Numbered from the stretch's first letter, positions 1 through 12,582 are shown. The stretch is 64,000 nt of DNA from Woronichinia naegeliana WA131 (GCA_025370055.1 CP073041.1:4308272-4372271), one strand, 5' to 3'. Notes: generated from the sequence alone by a model not told the origin. Program-made: numbers and translations.

Positions 1-638
1 CTGGCCATCAGGGTAACGCGATCGCGCCACAGTTGGGACACATCTAAAACATTGGCCTTATCAACGGAACAGAGTTGATAACGACGTTTGCGAGCAATTT
101 CAAAGGCCACCTTGGCAATACGATCAATTTCCGACTGTCGATAGGCCATGGTATTGACCCCTCGCTTTTCCCCCGTTTCGGTTTCAAAAATACCCTTGGG
201 TTGGCCAAAATAAATTCCCCCTGTCAACTCTCGTACTACCATAATATCTACTCCTTCTACCACTTCGCGTTTGAGACTAGACGCATCAATTAATTGGGGA
301 AAAATGGTTGCGGGTCGCAGATTGGCAAATAGTCCTAAACCTTCTCGAATCGCCAATAATCCTGTTTCTGGTCGTTGTTGACGAGGTAAATTATCCCACT
401 TATAACCCCCGATCGCCGCCAGTAGCACTGCATCACTATCCCGCGCCACCTTCAGGGTTTCTTCCGGTAAGGGTTGACCGGTGGCATCAATCGCGGCTCC
501 TCCAATTAAGGCATTCTCAAAGGTAAAGGCTAGATCAAATTGGGAGGCGATCGCCCTAAGAACATCGACAGCAACGGCCATAATTTCAGGGCCAATGCCA
601 TCGCCAGGCAGGAGAGTGATACGGTATTGCTGAGTCAT
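1..638 (-). CDS. leuB: 3-isopropylmalate dehydrogenase, N-terminal part (C-terminus lies outside the window)
   Basis: Reverse-strand translation from the ATG at 638 gives [20 protein letters not shown]...LIGGAAID...; the [14 protein letters not shown]-terminus is characteristic of LeuB/IDH-family decarboxylating dehydrogenases. Confidence 0.85.
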   Translation of the reverse strand, partial: MTQQYRITLLPGDGIGPEIMAVAVDVLRAIASQFDLAFTFENALIGGAAIDATGQPLPEETLKVARDSDAVLLAAIGGYKWDNLPRQQRPETGLLAIREGLGLFANLRPATIFPQLIDASSLKREVVEGVDIMVVRELTGGIYFGQPKGIFETETGEKRGVNTMAYRQSEIDRIAKVAFEIARKRRYQLCSVDKANVLDVSQLWRDRVTLMA

Positions 639-826
639 GGAACTAGAGTAGGCGTTAGAGTTTGCAATTTGCACAATCTTTAATTGTACAGGCCCCAGAC
701 CGCTTCTTAACGGGAACTCAAAATGTTGAATGGGTGCGATCGCGATAAAAGCTATTCTACCCTTACGGATTGTTATTCATTCTACTGGTCTGGAATATCA
801 CCAGATTTTAGTCTTAATCAATCTTG

Positions 827-3800
827 CTAAATGTACTTTTTGAGCCAAAGGTGGTTAAAGATCAAGCGGTAAATACGATTATTGATCTTGAGAGAATTCG
901 CTTTTTTAATCACTAATCCTGATAGAAGTAATTCTCTTTCGACAGAATTGTCAGTTAGGGGAATTTCTTCCTGTTCTAACACCTGTCGGTAAAGTTCTAA
1001 GAGTTGGGCTGATCGTTTACTTTTCAGAAGGCGATCGCGAATCGTTTTCAAATGTTCTGGCTCGTCCTGATATTCCCAATTCTGGATCACCTGGGTTTGG
1101 ATCAAGTTTTGGAGCCAGGTGGCTTCGTCGTTGACGGGAATGGGAGTAGAAGTATTATGAATCAGTTTACAAATTTTTTGAGTGAGAAAAGGTTGACCAT
1201 TCGTCCAGTTGAAGACTTCTTTGAGTAAGGTTTGGGGATTACTGACTTTTTCAGCTAAGCCTTGCAATAAAGGTTGGGCTTCATGTTCTTTAAAACCTTC
1301 TAGATGAATCGCTTGACCAATATTAAAAGGGGTTATCTGAACATCGGTCATTAAATCGCTAGGCGTTGTGACTCCAAAAAGAGCAAAGGTCAAACGCTGA
1401 TAGGCGGGATTAAGACTGCGTTGATTGTAACAGGAACGAATGAGGGCAAAAAAGTCATGAACAGAGAATTTTAAGCCGAGAACGCTGTCAATTTCATCAA
1501 TAAAAATAACCAAGGGTTTGGTGGGAATACCATTTTCTACACCCACTTCCGTTAATAGGACTTCTTCGATCAAGTCACTTAATCTTTGAACAGGGGGCCT
1601 ATCTTCTCGTTCTTGCCACCAGCTTTTTAGGTTAATCTTGCTCCGCAAATCAAAACGGCGTAATAGCTCAAAGGCGAATCCTTTATACCACTGTTCTGGA
1701 GTTACGTTTTCACTGCCGATGCGGGTCATGTCAATGGGCGCACAGCAATAGCCCTCGCGCTGGAGATAGTCAATCATCCGCACCATTAAACTGGATTTAC
1801 CGACCTGTCGGGGATTAAGAACGTAGCAAAATTCTCCTCGTTTTAAGGCTTTATAAAGATAGCGATCGCTGACTCGGACGACGTAGGTAGAGGCATCCAT
1901 CGGTAAGCTTCCGCCCACTTGATAATCGAAATTTGAAAAGGAATCTTCGCTACGGAGTAAATCATTTTCAAAACGGAGTTCGGCTTGGGTAGCTTGGAGA
2001 ATTTTTAGGGTTTGAGATAATTCTTTGGTTCGTTCTTCTACTTTTTGTTCCAAAGTCTGACTATACTCTTCTAGTTCATTTTTAGCTCGTTCTAGAGCAA
2101 GATTTTTGAGGGCTAGTTCTTGGGTAAACTGAACTCGATCCGTTTCAGCTTGTTTGCGTTGGGTAATATCTTGGAAGGCAGCGATCGCATAGGCAATTTG
2201 ACCTTTCTCGTTAAAAACAGGAGTAGCTGATACATCTAAAGGAATTGTTCGATCAACTTGGTGAATCTCCATATCATCCGCAGTTGTACTTTCGCCATTT
2301 AATGCTTTTACAATGGGTTGTTGTTCAGTTGGGTATAATTGGTCTGTCCCTGCTAAATAAGCATGGTAAATTTCAGTCAATTGATTGCTTGATGCAAGAG
2401 TTACAATTCCTTTGCCAAGAATGTTCTGGGCAGTCTGATTTGCATAGTAGGGTTCGCCCTTAGCATTAAGCACAAAAATACCTATGGGGATAGCTTCTAA
2501 AAATTGAGTTAATCTTTTCTCATTCTCACTTAGAGCGACATAAAGTTGAGCGTTTTGTAGAGAAATTCCAGCTTGATAAGATAAGAGTTTTAGGACTTCT
2601 AAGCGATCAGGAGTAAAGGCACCAGTACTGAGATTATTTTCTAAGTAAAGCAGTCCAATAACTTGACCTTGATGGATGATGGGCGTACATAAAATAGATT
2701 TAGATTGGTTTTGAATTATATAAGGATCTGTTGTGAATATTCCCTCACAAGTTGCATCGTTTAAAACCACATTTTCTCTGGTTCTTTCTACATAATTGAT
2801 TAGAGATAGGGGCAAATGTTGGCTAGTCGAAACCATGACTGATTCGCTCACTATCACTTTATCTTGCTCCACAGTACCTTGGGTTTTAATGAGTAACTGA
2901 CCTTCCTTTACCAAGATGAAAAAACCAGTTTGAGCACCAGCATTCTCAATCATGATTTTTACCAAATTTTCCACAAGTTTATCCAACAAAATGTCGCTAG
3001 AAATCGTTTGCGATGCTTTAAGCACGGTAGCTAAATCTAGGGCTTCACTAGAACCACCAGTAGTTTTTGAAACGCTTGGGAAAGTGGCTTTGTTTTTGGA
3101 TAATGCTGAAGCCAAAAACTGCGGGTATCGAGTCTCCATATCTTTTAGCTTGGCTAAAGCCCCCCAGCGCTGATAGGCGTAGTAGGCATCAACTAAATAA
3201 TGACGAGCTACCTGTTTTTGGTCCCTGCCTAAATAAAATCGGGCTGCTAGTTCGTTAGCCAGAGCTTCTTCGTTGATATATTCGTTTATTGTTGCTAGAG
3301 AGATAGCTTGATCGTAATATTCCCTAGCATCTTTATGTTGACCTAATACCCTGGCAAGTTCAGCCTCAACTAGATAATATTTATGCAAATAATTCATGGG
3401 GGCATGATGAGACCAATGCTTCATTTTTGTCTGATTGGCAGTTACTTTTTCGAGAATGTACTGTTGTTGGATATTTAGAGTATCAGTAAGCATCGCCAAT
3501 CTAGCGAGAGAATCATAAAAGTGAAAAATGGCAAAATTAATTGTCCCGACTGCGTTTCCTACATATTCTTCTGCCTCTGTTGAATTTTCAATAGCTTGAG
3601 GGTATTTCTGAAATAAATAGCAAAGAATTAGTTTCTGGAGATACATCTCACAAAGGGCATTGCGATCATTTATTTCCAGATAAACTTGTCTCATGGTTTC
3701 TTCATTATAATGCTCTCCAATTAAGCGACAATTGTCTTCAGATTTTCCTCTCAGATTTAAGACGGCTTGCCAATAAGTTTTATGTCTTTCAAGTATATGC

Positions 3801-6800
3801 TTCTGCTGAATTTGAGATATGGCAGCACTAGCTTTTTCCATTTCCCGTTCTAGTTCTCCCAGTTCCTTACCCATATAGTAGCCAAAGTAGCAGCATGAAT
3901 GTATTCCCCATGCAGCAAAATGCAAATCCCCTGTTTCTAGCCCGATTCTATATCCTTCTAAAAAAGGAGTGAGAGTTTCTCTGATATGCTCTTTCCAATG
4001 TCTGACAAAACAATTTACGATGAAGAAAGTACTCGGCTTAAGTTCTTTGGCATCAAATTTTTTGAGCAGCTTCAAAGTGAGTTGACCAACTTTATAACCA
4101 CCATCAAGATCTTCTACTACTCCACAGAGAACTATTCCATATAGAGCATAGGCCTTAGCCGACAAAATTGTATTACCATATTTAACCGATAAGCTGACCA
4201 TTTTCGACACAACCATTGTGAAGAGGGGAGGAGAGGTAACATAGCAACAGTGTATCATTTGAAACATGAAATCCATGACTGCCAGTTTTTCTGGATCTGT
4301 CATTTCAGGCAAATTGACTAAATCCTCTATATCTTTAATTCCCCTCTTACCTAAAGCCGATTTAACTTCTTCAAGACTCTTTTCAACATCCAATTGGCTG
4401 GGTAGTTTTGGAAAAACTACGCCCATCATTTCCAGAATTGACAGCGCGATCTTCACTGCTTCGACTAGCTTATTCTGCGAGGCATTAGCTTGGATTTTCA
4501 GAGTATAAACTTTCGCTTTATCCAGCAATGTGTTTGCTTTTTGCAATACGACCTCAATTAACCGTTCCATCTGCTCCAGATCACCAATGAGGAACTTTGT
4601 TTCTGCCGCTTCTATATACAGTTTTAGTGTTAAATCATACTGCCTCTGCCAGTAGTCCTCCCCTAATAGGCTCAATCCAACCTGAAAGTAATTGAATGCT
4701 GGTTGATAAGCTGCTGATTTCTTGGCTTTTTTACCAACTATTAGATTTAATCTAGCTAGTTCATCTCGCTCTTCCTGTCGATTAATTAACTGCCTACCCA
4801 AGTTTAATTGGTTGACAATCTCAAAGATTTTAGAATCTTCTTTTTCTAAAGAAATGCCATGCAACAGCAGTTGACCTATATGCAGATGAACAGCTTGTTT
4901 ATCCGCTTCGGGAATTAGGGAATAGACTGCCTGGTGGATTCGGTCATGGGAAAACTTATATTCAACAGTGACTGTCTCTGCCAAACCCTGTACATCAGAT
5001 TCTGTTAGCTTGTAAGCATCACTAAGAGGTAAAACTAAACCATTGAAAAGTGCTGGCAACAGATCTGTTGCGGTTTTTTTGGGCGATTGTTTATATACAG
5101 TTGCCAAAGTCTGGAGATCAAATTGGTTACCAATAGAGGCTGCCAACTTTAATACCTGTTGTGTTGCCACCCCCAACTTTTGCACCTTAATGGCCATTAG
5201 TTCGACCACATTATCGGTTATAGCTTGAGCTTGAATTTCCCTTAAATCCCACTGCCAATGGTTAAGCTGATAGTCAAATGTTAACAGTTCTTCGCTATAC
5301 AGTGCTTTTAAAAACTCATTTATAAAGAAAGGATTGCCATTAGTTTTGGTTAGCACTAATTCTGCCAGTGGTCTAGCAGTCTCTACTGCAACATTGAGAG
5401 TCATACTAATTAACTGATTTACCTCGATCAATTTTAAAGGCTGCAAGGTGATGTAACTGACAAGATCTTCAGTTTTACTAATCTCATCCAAAGTAAGCAT
5501 TAAGGGATGAGCCTGAGTGACCTCATTATTTCGATAGGCACCAATAATGTATAAATAATAGCTTTCAGTTGGTGTCATTAGTAGTTGAATGAGTTTCAAG
5601 GAAGCTTCATCAGCCCATTGTAAATCGTCTAGAAATAACACTAATGGATGTTCAGGCTGGGCAAATACCTGGATAAAGTTTTTAAATACCAAGTTGAAGC
5701 GATTTTGGGCTTCCATTGAAGCTAGTTCTGCTACAGTGGATTGGGAACCAATAATCAGTTCTACTTCGGGAATTATATCAATAATTATCTGACCATTATT
5801 TCCCAGAGCAGCTAATAATTTTTGTCGCCAAGCAGATATCTGGACTTCGTTTTCCGTCAAGAGTTGCTCTATTAAGAAGCGAAAGGCTTGTACTAGGGAC
5901 GAATAAGGAATATCTCTTTGAAATTGGTCGAATTTCCCAGAGATAAAGTACCCCTGCTGCCGAGTAATTGGCCTATAGACTTCCCTTACTAAAACCGACT
6001 TACCAATGCCGGAATAACCTCTTACCAGCATCATTTCCTTTCCCCCTTGGCTGACTCGTTCAAAGCCAGCCAACAATTGCTCAATTTCCTGTTGTCGCCC
6101 ATATAATCTCTGAGAAATTTGGAATCTATCCGAAATATCCTGCTGTCCTAGAAGAAAGGGATTAAGGCATCTCGTTTGCTCCCATTGTCTGTGACATTCC
6201 TCTAAATCCATCTTGAGACCGTAGGCTGATTGGTAACGATCTTCAGCGTTTTTAGCCATCAGCTTCATGACAATCTCCGATAGAATGTGAGGAATCTCTG
6301 GCACGAGTGCGTGAGGAAAGTTGGGTTGTTTAGCGATATGGGAGTGAACCAACTCCATTTCCTCAGTAGTTTCAAAAGGCAATCGATTAGTTAATAGCTC
6401 ATAAAAAGTTACCCCCAAAGAATAAAAGTCAGTGCGATAATCAATGTCTCGATTCATGCGCCCAGTTTGTTCTGGCGAAATGTAGGCTAATGTACCTTCT
6501 AACTGATTCGGGTTGCCTAAGGTGGTTTTTTCTCGTGAGAGTACGGTTGAAATGCCAAAGTCAATGAGTTTGATCTGACCTGTTGTGGGGTTTAAAACTA
6601 TGTTGGATGGGTTAATATCTTTGTGGATTATTAGACACTGATGGACCTGAATTAGAATCTCAACAATTTGTCTGGTAATGGTTAGAAACTCAGCCAAAGT
6701 GAATTGTCTGCCTTTCTGCATTAATCGTTCTAGAGATTCAGCGCCAAAATCCTCCATGACTATTAGCCAACAGTTTTGTTCATTTTCCAAGTTATAGGCA

Positions 6801-7033
6801 TTTACTACGCCCCTAAGTTGAAGGTTTTTGGTGATTGTATACTCTCGTTTGAACCAGGCTATTTTTTCTGGAGGTGGATAGGCTTGCTTTAGGGTTTTGA
6901 GTATAACTGTTTGGCTATCTCCTACCCGATGTCCGCGATAAACCAGCGAGTTGGTACTTTCATAAAGTTTTTCAATAATCTGATAGCCGGAAATAATTGC
7001 CATAATTATTATTGCTTTTGCTATAGATCTCAA
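827..7033 (-). CDS. Giant (2068 aa) multidomain signalling protein. N-terminal Ser/Thr protein kinase, then AAA/STAND-type NTPase (P-loop GYSGIGKS), TPR-like helical repeats, GAF, PAS, coiled coil, and a C-terminal 'AAA-like' ATPase domain (P-loop [10 protein letters not shown]).
   Basis: Kinase motifs [11 protein letters not shown] and DFG..APE-like (AYISPEQ); Walker A GYSGIGKS; TPR-like region; GAF/PAS-like segments; coiled coil [29 protein letters not shown]; C-terminal domain [23 protein letters not shown] resembling the AAA-like domain of the protein at 13805-15121. Confidence 0.8.
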   Translation of the reverse strand: MRSIAKAIIIMAIISGYQIIEKLYESTNSLVYRGHRVGDSQTVILKTLKQAYPPPEKIAWFKREYTITKNLQLRGVVNAYNLENEQNCWLIVMEDFGAESLERLMQKGRQFTLAEFLTITRQIVEILIQVHQCLIIHKDINPSNIVLNPTTGQIKLIDFGISTVLSREKTTLGNPNQLEGTLAYISPEQTGRMNRDIDYRTDFYSLGVTFYELLTNRLPFETTEEMELVHSHIAKQPNFPHALVPEIPHILSEIVMKLMAKNAEDRYQSAYGLKMDLEECHRQWEQTRCLNPFLLGQQDISDRFQISQRLYGRQQEIEQLLAGFERVSQGGKEMMLVRGYSGIGKSVLVREVYRPITRQQGYFISGKFDQFQRDIPYSSLVQAFRFLIEQLLTENEVQISAWRQKLLAALGNNGQIIIDIIPEVELIIGSQSTVAELASMEAQNRFNLVFKNFIQVFAQPEHPLVLFLDDLQWADEASLKLIQLLMTPTESYYLYIIGAYRNNEVTQAHPLMLTLDEISKTEDLVSYITLQPLKLIEVNQLISMTLNVAVETARPLAELVLTKTNGNPFFINEFLKALYSEELLTFDYQLNHWQWDLREIQAQAITDNVVELMAIKVQKLGVATQQVLKLAASIGNQFDLQTLATVYKQSPKKTATDLLPALFNGLVLPLSDAYKLTESDVQGLAETVTVEYKFSHDRIHQAVYSLIPEADKQAVHLHIGQLLLHGISLEKEDSKIFEIVNQLNLGRQLINRQEERDELARLNLIVGKKAKKSAAYQPAFNYFQVGLSLLGEDYWQRQYDLTLKLYIEAAETKFLIGDLEQMERLIEVVLQKANTLLDKAKVYTLKIQANASQNKLVEAVKIALSILEMMGVVFPKLPSQLDVEKSLEEVKSALGKRGIKDIEDLVNLPEMTDPEKLAVMDFMFQMIHCCYVTSPPLFTMVVSKMVSLSVKYGNTILSAKAYALYGIVLCGVVEDLDGGYKVGQLTLKLLKKFDAKELKPSTFFIVNCFVRHWKEHIRETLTPFLEGYRIGLETGDLHFAAWGIHSCCYFGYYMGKELGELEREMEKASAAISQIQQKHILERHKTYWQAVLNLRGKSEDNCRLIGEHYNEETMRQVYLEINDRNALCEMYLQKLILCYLFQKYPQAIENSTEAEEYVGNAVGTINFAIFHFYDSLARLAMLTDTLNIQQQYILEKVTANQTKMKHWSHHAPMNYLHKYYLVEAELARVLGQHKDAREYYDQAISLATINEYINEEALANELAARFYLGRDQKQVARHYLVDAYYAYQRWGALAKLKDMETRYPQFLASALSKNKATFPSVSKTTGGSSEALDLATVLKASQTISSDILLDKLVENLVKIMIENAGAQTGFFILVKEGQLLIKTQGTVEQDKVIVSESVMVSTSQHLPLSLINYVERTRENVVLNDATCEGIFTTDPYIIQNQSKSILCTPIIHQGQVIGLLYLENNLSTGAFTPDRLEVLKLLSYQAGISLQNAQLYVALSENEKRLTQFLEAIPIGIFVLNAKGEPYYANQTAQNILGKGIVTLASSNQLTEIYHAYLAGTDQLYPTEQQPIVKALNGESTTADDMEIHQVDRTIPLDVSATPVFNEKGQIAYAIAAFQDITQRKQAETDRVQFTQELALKNLALERAKNELEEYSQTLEQKVEERTKELSQTLKILQATQAELRFENDLLRSEDSFSNFDYQVGGSLPMDASTYVVRVSDRYLYKALKRGEFCYVLNPRQVGKSSLMVRMIDYLQREGYCCAPIDMTRIGSENVTPEQWYKGFAFELLRRFDLRSKINLKSWWQEREDRPPVQRLSDLIEEVLLTEVGVENGIPTKPLVIFIDEIDSVLGLKFSVHDFFALIRSCYNQRSLNPAYQRLTFALFGVTTPSDLMTDVQITPFNIGQAIHLEGFKEHEAQPLLQGLAEKVSNPQTLLKEVFNWTNGQPFLTQKICKLIHNTSTPIPVNDEATWLQNLIQTQVIQNWEYQDEPEHLKTIRDRLLKSKRSAQLLELYRQVLEQEEIPLTDNSVERELLLSGLVIKKANSLKINNRIYRLIFNHLWLKKYI

Positions 7034-7205
7034 TTAAAATTTTTCTAAATTTTTATTAATTATGCTTCAATTTGAAGATTTGCTTGTCAGTCGATATTTT
7101 TCATGATAGCGTACCTGTACAGTAGATGCTACTTTTACCTAATTCAATATCAAACGATTCCTTTAGAGGAATCACAATAGCTCAATCACTTGTCTGCTCT
7201 AAATT

Positions 7206-8015
7206 TTACACACTTTGTTCCTCTGCTCTACAACTGACTACCAATGCTCGACGTTGTTGGACTGTCTTATTTGGGCGGGAATAATGTAATGTGTGGCAGT
7301 GGTGAACAGTTGCTCCTCCAGGTGCTAAGGGGCAAACAACTGCTTGAGAGTATTGTACTCCGTCTGCTATCAAACCTGAGCCTGTCCTATCTCCTTCATA
7401 GGGACGATGCGGTATAATGCCTCCAAGATGAGAACCAGGGATGAAATGCAAACAGCCGTTCTCGGGGGTGGCAGGGTCTAAAGGCATCCAAATTTTGAGG
7501 AGATCAAGCGAGCCAGGATAGGCAGCATCTTGGTGCCAGGGCATCTCAGCACCAAAGTGTGCTGGCTTTAGGTACAGACGCACTCTGCCGATGACCTTTG
7601 TTTCCTCGACATTGAGAAGGTGTGCCACAATCTTAAGGGTATTGCGGAAGTAGATCGTATCTATCAGTTGGGGAAAGACTAACTCTGGAGATGGTATCCA
7701 CACCAAGATTTCTCTCCCACCAGCAAGAGGTAGCTGTTGTTGATCTGCAAGTAGAGCTATCTTTTCTGGGCAGTATACTTTCATCTCTTCTATGATGCGA
7801 TCGTAGATTCCCTTCAGCCACTCAATTTCTTGGTCAGTAGTAATACGGTCGAAAATCAGGAATCCTTGTTTTTTAAAGACGGTAACTTGCTCATCTTTCA
7901 GATTTAAATTCAATTTATCTTTCATAACTTGGTGACAAGATAACAGATGTTGTAGAGGTTTAGCAATGCCAAACCCCTGCAATAATGTAACATAAAATAC
8001 ATTTTCCCATGACAT
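7206..8015 (-). CDS. Phytanoyl-CoA dioxygenase (PhyH) family Fe(II)/2-oxoglutarate-dependent oxygenase
   Basis: 269 aa. HxD...H facial triad context WHQDAAY ... HFIPGSHLGG ... HHCHTLH and overall PhyH-like layout. Lies 46 bp downstream of, and co-oriented with, the NHLP precursor gene. Confidence 0.7.
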   Translation of the reverse strand: MSWENVFYVTLLQGFGIAKPLQHLLSCHQVMKDKLNLNLKDEQVTVFKKQGFLIFDRITTDQEIEWLKGIYDRIIEEMKVYCPEKIALLADQQQLPLAGGREILVWIPSPELVFPQLIDTIYFRNTLKIVAHLLNVEETKVIGRVRLYLKPAHFGAEMPWHQDAAYPGSLDLLKIWMPLDPATPENGCLHFIPGSHLGGIIPHRPYEGDRTGSGLIADGVQYSQAVVCPLAPGGATVHHCHTLHYSRPNKTVQQRRALVVSCRAEEQSV

Positions 8016-8060
8016 CGGGAGAGCTAGATTTTCCCTAAGGTTCTGTTAAAAGAATTGGGG

Positions 8061-8369
8061 TCAAATGCAACAAAGTTGCATTATCCCAAAAATACCCGGG
8101 TTCTCCGAAAGAAACTGTTCAAGCTCCTTTAGAGTTAAGCTTCCCAAACCTTCTGGTAAATCGGGTATGGCAAAAAATCCACCAGCACCACTACCAAGGT
8201 CACTTATATCACCTAGTTCTGGGGGCTTTTCCGCTTGTAGCCTTTCAATCTCTGTTTTAGGATCTTGCCGCAAATTGGCCAAAATGCTTGGGTTACTCCA
8301 AGCATTAGCAATTAGTCTAGCCCATTGTTCTTGTTCGTTCATATTTTTTTTAAGTGGGAAATGAAACAA
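8061..8369 (-). CDS. NHLP (nitrile-hydratase-leader-peptide)-type RiPP precursor peptide. The likely true start is the internal ATG giving MNEQEQWARLIANAW... (about 8342). The leader ends in a double glycine (SGAGG) and the predicted core is FFAIPDLPEGLGSLTLKELEQFLSENPGIFGIMQLCCI.
   Basis: The leader ARLIANAWSNPSILANLRQDPKTEIERL matches the conserved NHLP leader pattern (..AKAWEDPAFKQ.LL.NPKAAIE..), followed by a GG motif. It is divergent from the YcaO/dehydrogenase operon and directly upstream of the PhyH gene. The ORF-track start is a TTG. Confidence 0.65.
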   Translation of the reverse strand: MFHFPLKKNMNEQEQWARLIANAWSNPSILANLRQDPKTEIERLQAEKPPELGDISDLGSGAGGFFAIPDLPEGLGSLTLKELEQFLSENPGIFGIMQLCCI

Positions 8370-8483
8370 TTTATGCTCTCTGCAGCGTCTTATGGTATCA
8401 TTCTAACTGGGTTTCATGTCAAGTAAGTTTCGTACTGGGTATGAGGGGTTTAGAGAACATCGTCTTGTAAAGAAACATTACTT

Positions 8484-10324
8484 GTGGTGTGGAGTCACTA
8501 TGAAGAGCCAATATTGTGGAGGAAAATTATGCTAAGTAACACTAATCAAGATGCAAACAATAATTATGACGAAGCTTACAATTTTTTAGAACGATCAGAA
8601 ATAGACCCCGATCAACCAGACATTCGTTTCAGACTAGAGGATATACAAGGCAATATTCTTAAAAGTCACGGGAGAACTTATTCTATTTATGTTTTCTTAC
8701 ACTTTGACAACAGTCAACCAGAAGCTACTAAGAAATGGATTGGGGATTTTGCTGAAAAGTATGTTGTATCTGCCATTAGGCAACGAGAACAAACCCAAGA
8801 ACATAAAAAATTCCTTAAAACAAAGAAGGAAGCTTCGTCTTCAACCTTATTTGTTAATTTTTCTTTATCATTTAAAGGGTATGAAGCATTAGGATTAGAT
8901 GCTAAGACTAATTTCCGAAAACTTTATCAGCAAAAACTACAAGATAAAGAACGTTCTTTTTCTACACATCCTTTCGAGGAGGGAATGCTCGAAAACCTAG
9001 AGAGTCTCAAGGACAAGAAAAGAGATTGGGAGATTGAGTATCAACAAGTTGAGTCCAGTGTAATGAACAACGATATTCATGCTTTAATCTTACTGGCTGA
9101 TTGCGATATCGATAATTTATGTGAAAAAACACAACAAATATTAGATAATATTGAAGCGAACAACATTAGAATTATTAAGAAAGAAATTGGTTGGGTACGT
9201 AAGAACGATCAAGATCAGTGTATAGAACCATTTGGGTTTGCAGATAATATCAGTAATCCTTTATTTCTGAAATCAGATATTTACCAAGTAACAGATAAAG
9301 ACCAATGGGACCCAAGTGCTAACTTGCGCTTGGTGCTTAATGTCGATCCTTTTGGCAATCTCCAGAATAAGGGTTATAGCTATGGAAGTTTTTTAGTTTA
9401 TCGAAAGCTGGAACAAAATGTAGAGGGTTTCAATGAAAAAATCAAAGAGTTAGCTGGTAAGTTAGAAAATCTAGGAGCCGATTCCCATCCAAAAAAGAAA
9501 CAGAACAACTCGTTAAAGCTTATACTATGGGGCGTTTCCAAAATGGACGGCCTGTTATGATTTATAGTAGCCCAGATTCTCTAGAACAAAGTGGAGTAGA
9601 TTTAAATAATTTTAACTATGGAAAGGGAAATGATTTTAAAGAAACATCTCGATGGAAATGCCCATTTCACGCTCACATTAGGAAGATGAATTCGCGGGCA
9701 ATAAGTGATAATGTACATAGTGGTACTTATAAAGATAAACCAGATAACCAACGTCAGAGAAGAATTGTTCGGCGAGGAACAACCTACGGTTTACCCAAAG
9801 AAAATCAAACTTCACTCTTGTCACAAACAACGAAAGAAAACTTACGGCACTACAAAAGCCTCTCAGAAAAACTGGGAGTCAAAACAGAAGTGGGTAAGGA
9901 AGGATTGCTATTTTTTTGTTTCCAAAGTGATATTCACGCCCAATTTGAGAAGCTTCAAGACTACGCTAATGATAACAATTTTGGGACAAATCCATTCGGA
10001 AAACTAGGCGCAGATCCTATTTTGGGACAGCAAAAGACACTGTTAATTCAACAGGTGACAGATAGGATATTAAAAATACCGTTAATTCATCGGGTGACAA
10101 ATAGTATATTAAAGACACCGTTAATTCAATGGGGGAGAGAAAAATTGCCGCCAATGCTAAAAGAAGCGTTTGGCAAATGGCCAAGTCAGACATGGCCAAG
10201 AACGTGGGGAAATTCACAAGACCCAGTTAAGGATTTCGATTTTTTTGGGTATGTGACTCCTAGAGGAGGTGAATATTTCTTTACACCCAGTCTAAGTTTC
10301 CTGAAATCCCTAAAAGAAGAATGA
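8484..10324 (+). CDS. DyP-type haem peroxidase split over two overlapping ORFs (8484-9560 and 9527-10324), implying a frameshift near 9490-9530. The likely start is the ATG at 8529, preceded by GGAGG.
   Basis: ORF1 contains a GXXDG-type motif (EPFGFADNISNP, distal Asp). ORF2 contains FHAHIRKMNSR (candidate proximal His and distal Arg) and RRGTTYGLP. The two ORFs change frame around the A6GA3 run at 9491-9500, and the ORF2 frame is open upstream back to 9461. Confidence 0.5.
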
Positions 10325-12582
10325 GTCAGATAACTGCTTATCGTCCCAAATTGAAATCCTGCTTTCGTTGTGAAATTATTCCCTCGGAAGGGGTTTTGCT
10401 GCTATCTGAAAACCAATCTATTATTCTTCCTAATCCTGCCTTCATTAAGTTAGTTCAACTTCTCGATGGCCAGCACACCCTAGAAGAGATTATTAAGCAA
10501 CTTCAGCAAAAAATGCCTTCCGCAGAAGTTCTATCCCTGCTGATGCAAATTAAGAACTATACAGTTGATGCTACTCCTTCTATACCCTCAGAACAAGCTG
10601 CTTTTTGGGAAATGCTTGGCATTCAACCAGAAGTAGCTTACCAACGGTTGCAAACCACCTCCGTGACAGTAACAACCTTTGGCAATATTGATCCAACTTC
10701 CTTCGAGACCATGCTAACTTCCGTGGGGGTACAAGTCAGGGATGGAGAAGAGCGGTCAATCGTTCTCACTGATGATTACCTGCAACCAGGGCTAGAAGCT
10801 TTTAATCAGCAAGCTTTGTCCGAAAATCGTTCTTGGCTGTTAGTCAAACCTATGGGGACAGAGATTTGGTTAGGCCCCTTGTTTATTCCAGATAAAACAG
10901 GGTGTTGGGAGTGTCTCGGACAACGACTACAGGGTAAGCGAAAGGTCCAAACCTATCTCCAGCATAAACAAAAGACGAATCACCCTTTCTCTTCATCCTT
11001 AGCTGTTTTACCCTCTACTTACCAAACAGCCCTCAGTTTAGCCGCCACCGAAACTGTTAAATGGATAGTAAGTGAAGCAAATGAAAGTATTGAAGGTAAC
11101 ATCATTACCCTCAATACTTTAACTCTCGAAAAAAACAACCATCCCCTGATTCGTCGTCCTCAATGCCCAACTTGTGGAAATCCCAACTTGATGGCTCAAA
11201 AACAATCAATAATACCAGTTTTACAAAGTCGCCAAAAGAATTTCACCAGTGATGGCGGGCATCGCAGTATTGCACCAGAGGAAACTTTTAGGAGATTGCA
11301 ACCTTATATTAGTCCAATTACAGGAATAATAAGCCTTCTGGGACAACCTCAAGGTTGGGAACACCAGCAGCAATTCACGCCTGCTTACATTAGTCAGGGC
11401 ATTTTCTTAGAGTATAACCAAGACTTAGAATCTCTACGCCGCAGTCTGAATCGATGTGCTAGTGGTAAGGGAAAAAGTGATATCCAAGCCAGAGTTAGTG
11501 CCATTGGGGAGGCGATGGAGCATTATTCAGGAGTTTTTCATGGGGATGAATACCGCGTTCGAGACCGCCTGAAAAATCTCAGTAACCCAATTCATCCGAA
11601 CGCCTGTATGTTGTTTAGCGATCGCCAAATCCAAAATCGGCATCTAGAAACTTCCAACCCGTCTCGTCTCAACTGGATTCCCGAACCCTTTGATGAAGAA
11701 CAGCAAATTGATTGGAGTCTAGTTTGGTCTTTGACTGATAATGAGCCTCGATACCTTCCTACTGCTTATTGTTACTACGGCTATGCTCAACAGCATCACA
11801 TCAAGTTTACTAGGGCTGACTCCAATGGCTGTGCTGCGGGTAACACCATGGAAGAGGCGATTTTACAAGGCTTTATGGAGTTAGTCGAGCGGGATAGCGT
11901 AGCTTTGTGGTGGTACAACCGTTTGCGAAAACCAGCAGTGAATCTTGCCGATTTTAATGAACCATACTTCCAAGAATTGCTGAGATTCTATCAGCAACAC
12001 CACCGCGATCTCTGGGTATTGGATATTACCAGCGATTTTAACATTCCTACCTTTGCTGCCATTTCTCGACGAAATGACCAAGCTGTTGAAAATATTATTC
12101 TCGGTTTTGGAACCCATTTTGACCCACAAATTGCTATTCTTCGCGCCTTAACTGAACTCAATCAGTCACTCCCTGCTGTCTTGTCTAACAAGCCTGAACA
12201 CAGTCGTGCTTACCGAGATCATTATCCTGAAGCCCTAGAATGGTGGCAAACGGCAACTCTTGAAAATCAACCCTATTTAATCCCTGATGAAAGTACAACC
12301 TGTAAGGTTTCAGCAGACTATCATAACAACGGTTATGGTGACCTTTATACTGATGTAATGAGTTGTGTAAACCTGGCTCAATCCAAGGGATGGGAAACTC
12401 TAATTTTAGATCAGACTCGCCCTGATGTTGGATTGTCAGTTGTCAAAGTTATCGTCCCTGGGCTGCGACATTTTTGGCCTCGATTTGCCCCAGGACGGCT
12501 GTATGATATTCCCGTCCAAATGGGGTGGTTAACAACACCATTAACAGAGGAGCAATTAAATCCTCTACCTATTTTCTTTTAA
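10321..12582 (+). CDS. Fused E1-like/YcaO cyclodehydratase (PatD/TruD-like azoline synthetase) with an N-terminal RRE (PqqD-like) leader-binding domain
   Basis: 753 aa. N-terminal winged-helix RRE-like segment (LLLSENQSIILPNPAFIKLVQLLDGQHTLEEI). C-terminal YcaO hallmark (GCAAGNTMEEAILQGFMELVERDSVALWWYN) and proline-rich C-terminus. The start overlaps the upstream ORF by 4 nt. Confidence 0.8.
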   Translation: MSQITAYRPKLKSCFRCEIIPSEGVLLLSENQSIILPNPAFIKLVQLLDGQHTLEEIIKQLQQKMPSAEVLSLLMQIKNYTVDATPSIPSEQAAFWEMLGIQPEVAYQRLQTTSVTVTTFGNIDPTSFETMLTSVGVQVRDGEERSIVLTDDYLQPGLEAFNQQALSENRSWLLVKPMGTEIWLGPLFIPDKTGCWECLGQRLQGKRKVQTYLQHKQKTNHPFSSSLAVLPSTYQTALSLAATETVKWIVSEANESIEGNIITLNTLTLEKNNHPLIRRPQCPTCGNPNLMAQKQSIIPVLQSRQKNFTSDGGHRSIAPEETFRRLQPYISPITGIISLLGQPQGWEHQQQFTPAYISQGIFLEYNQDLESLRRSLNRCASGKGKSDIQARVSAIGEAMEHYSGVFHGDEYRVRDRLKNLSNPIHPNACMLFSDRQIQNRHLETSNPSRLNWIPEPFDEEQQIDWSLVWSLTDNEPRYLPTAYCYYGYAQQHHIKFTRADSNGCAAGNTMEEAILQGFMELVERDSVALWWYNRLRKPAVNLADFNEPYFQELLRFYQQHHRDLWVLDITSDFNIPTFAAISRRNDQAVENIILGFGTHFDPQIAILRALTELNQSLPAVLSNKPEHSRAYRDHYPEALEWWQTATLENQPYLIPDESTTCKVSADYHNNGYGDLYTDVMSCVNLAQSKGWETLILDQTRPDVGLSVVKVIVPGLRHFWPRFAPGRLYDIPVQMGWLTTPLTEEQLNPLPIFF

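Noticed and set aside
2245-5792. Several 60-80-aa plus-strand ORFs inside the giant kinase gene (2245, 2952, 3067, 4266, 5043, 5589)
   Set aside because: They are embedded antisense within a continuous 2068-aa ORF that has clear domain structure.
8065-8364. Plus-strand 99-aa ORF antisense to the NHLP precursor gene
   Set aside because: Low-complexity translation lying entirely antisense to a well-supported precursor ORF.
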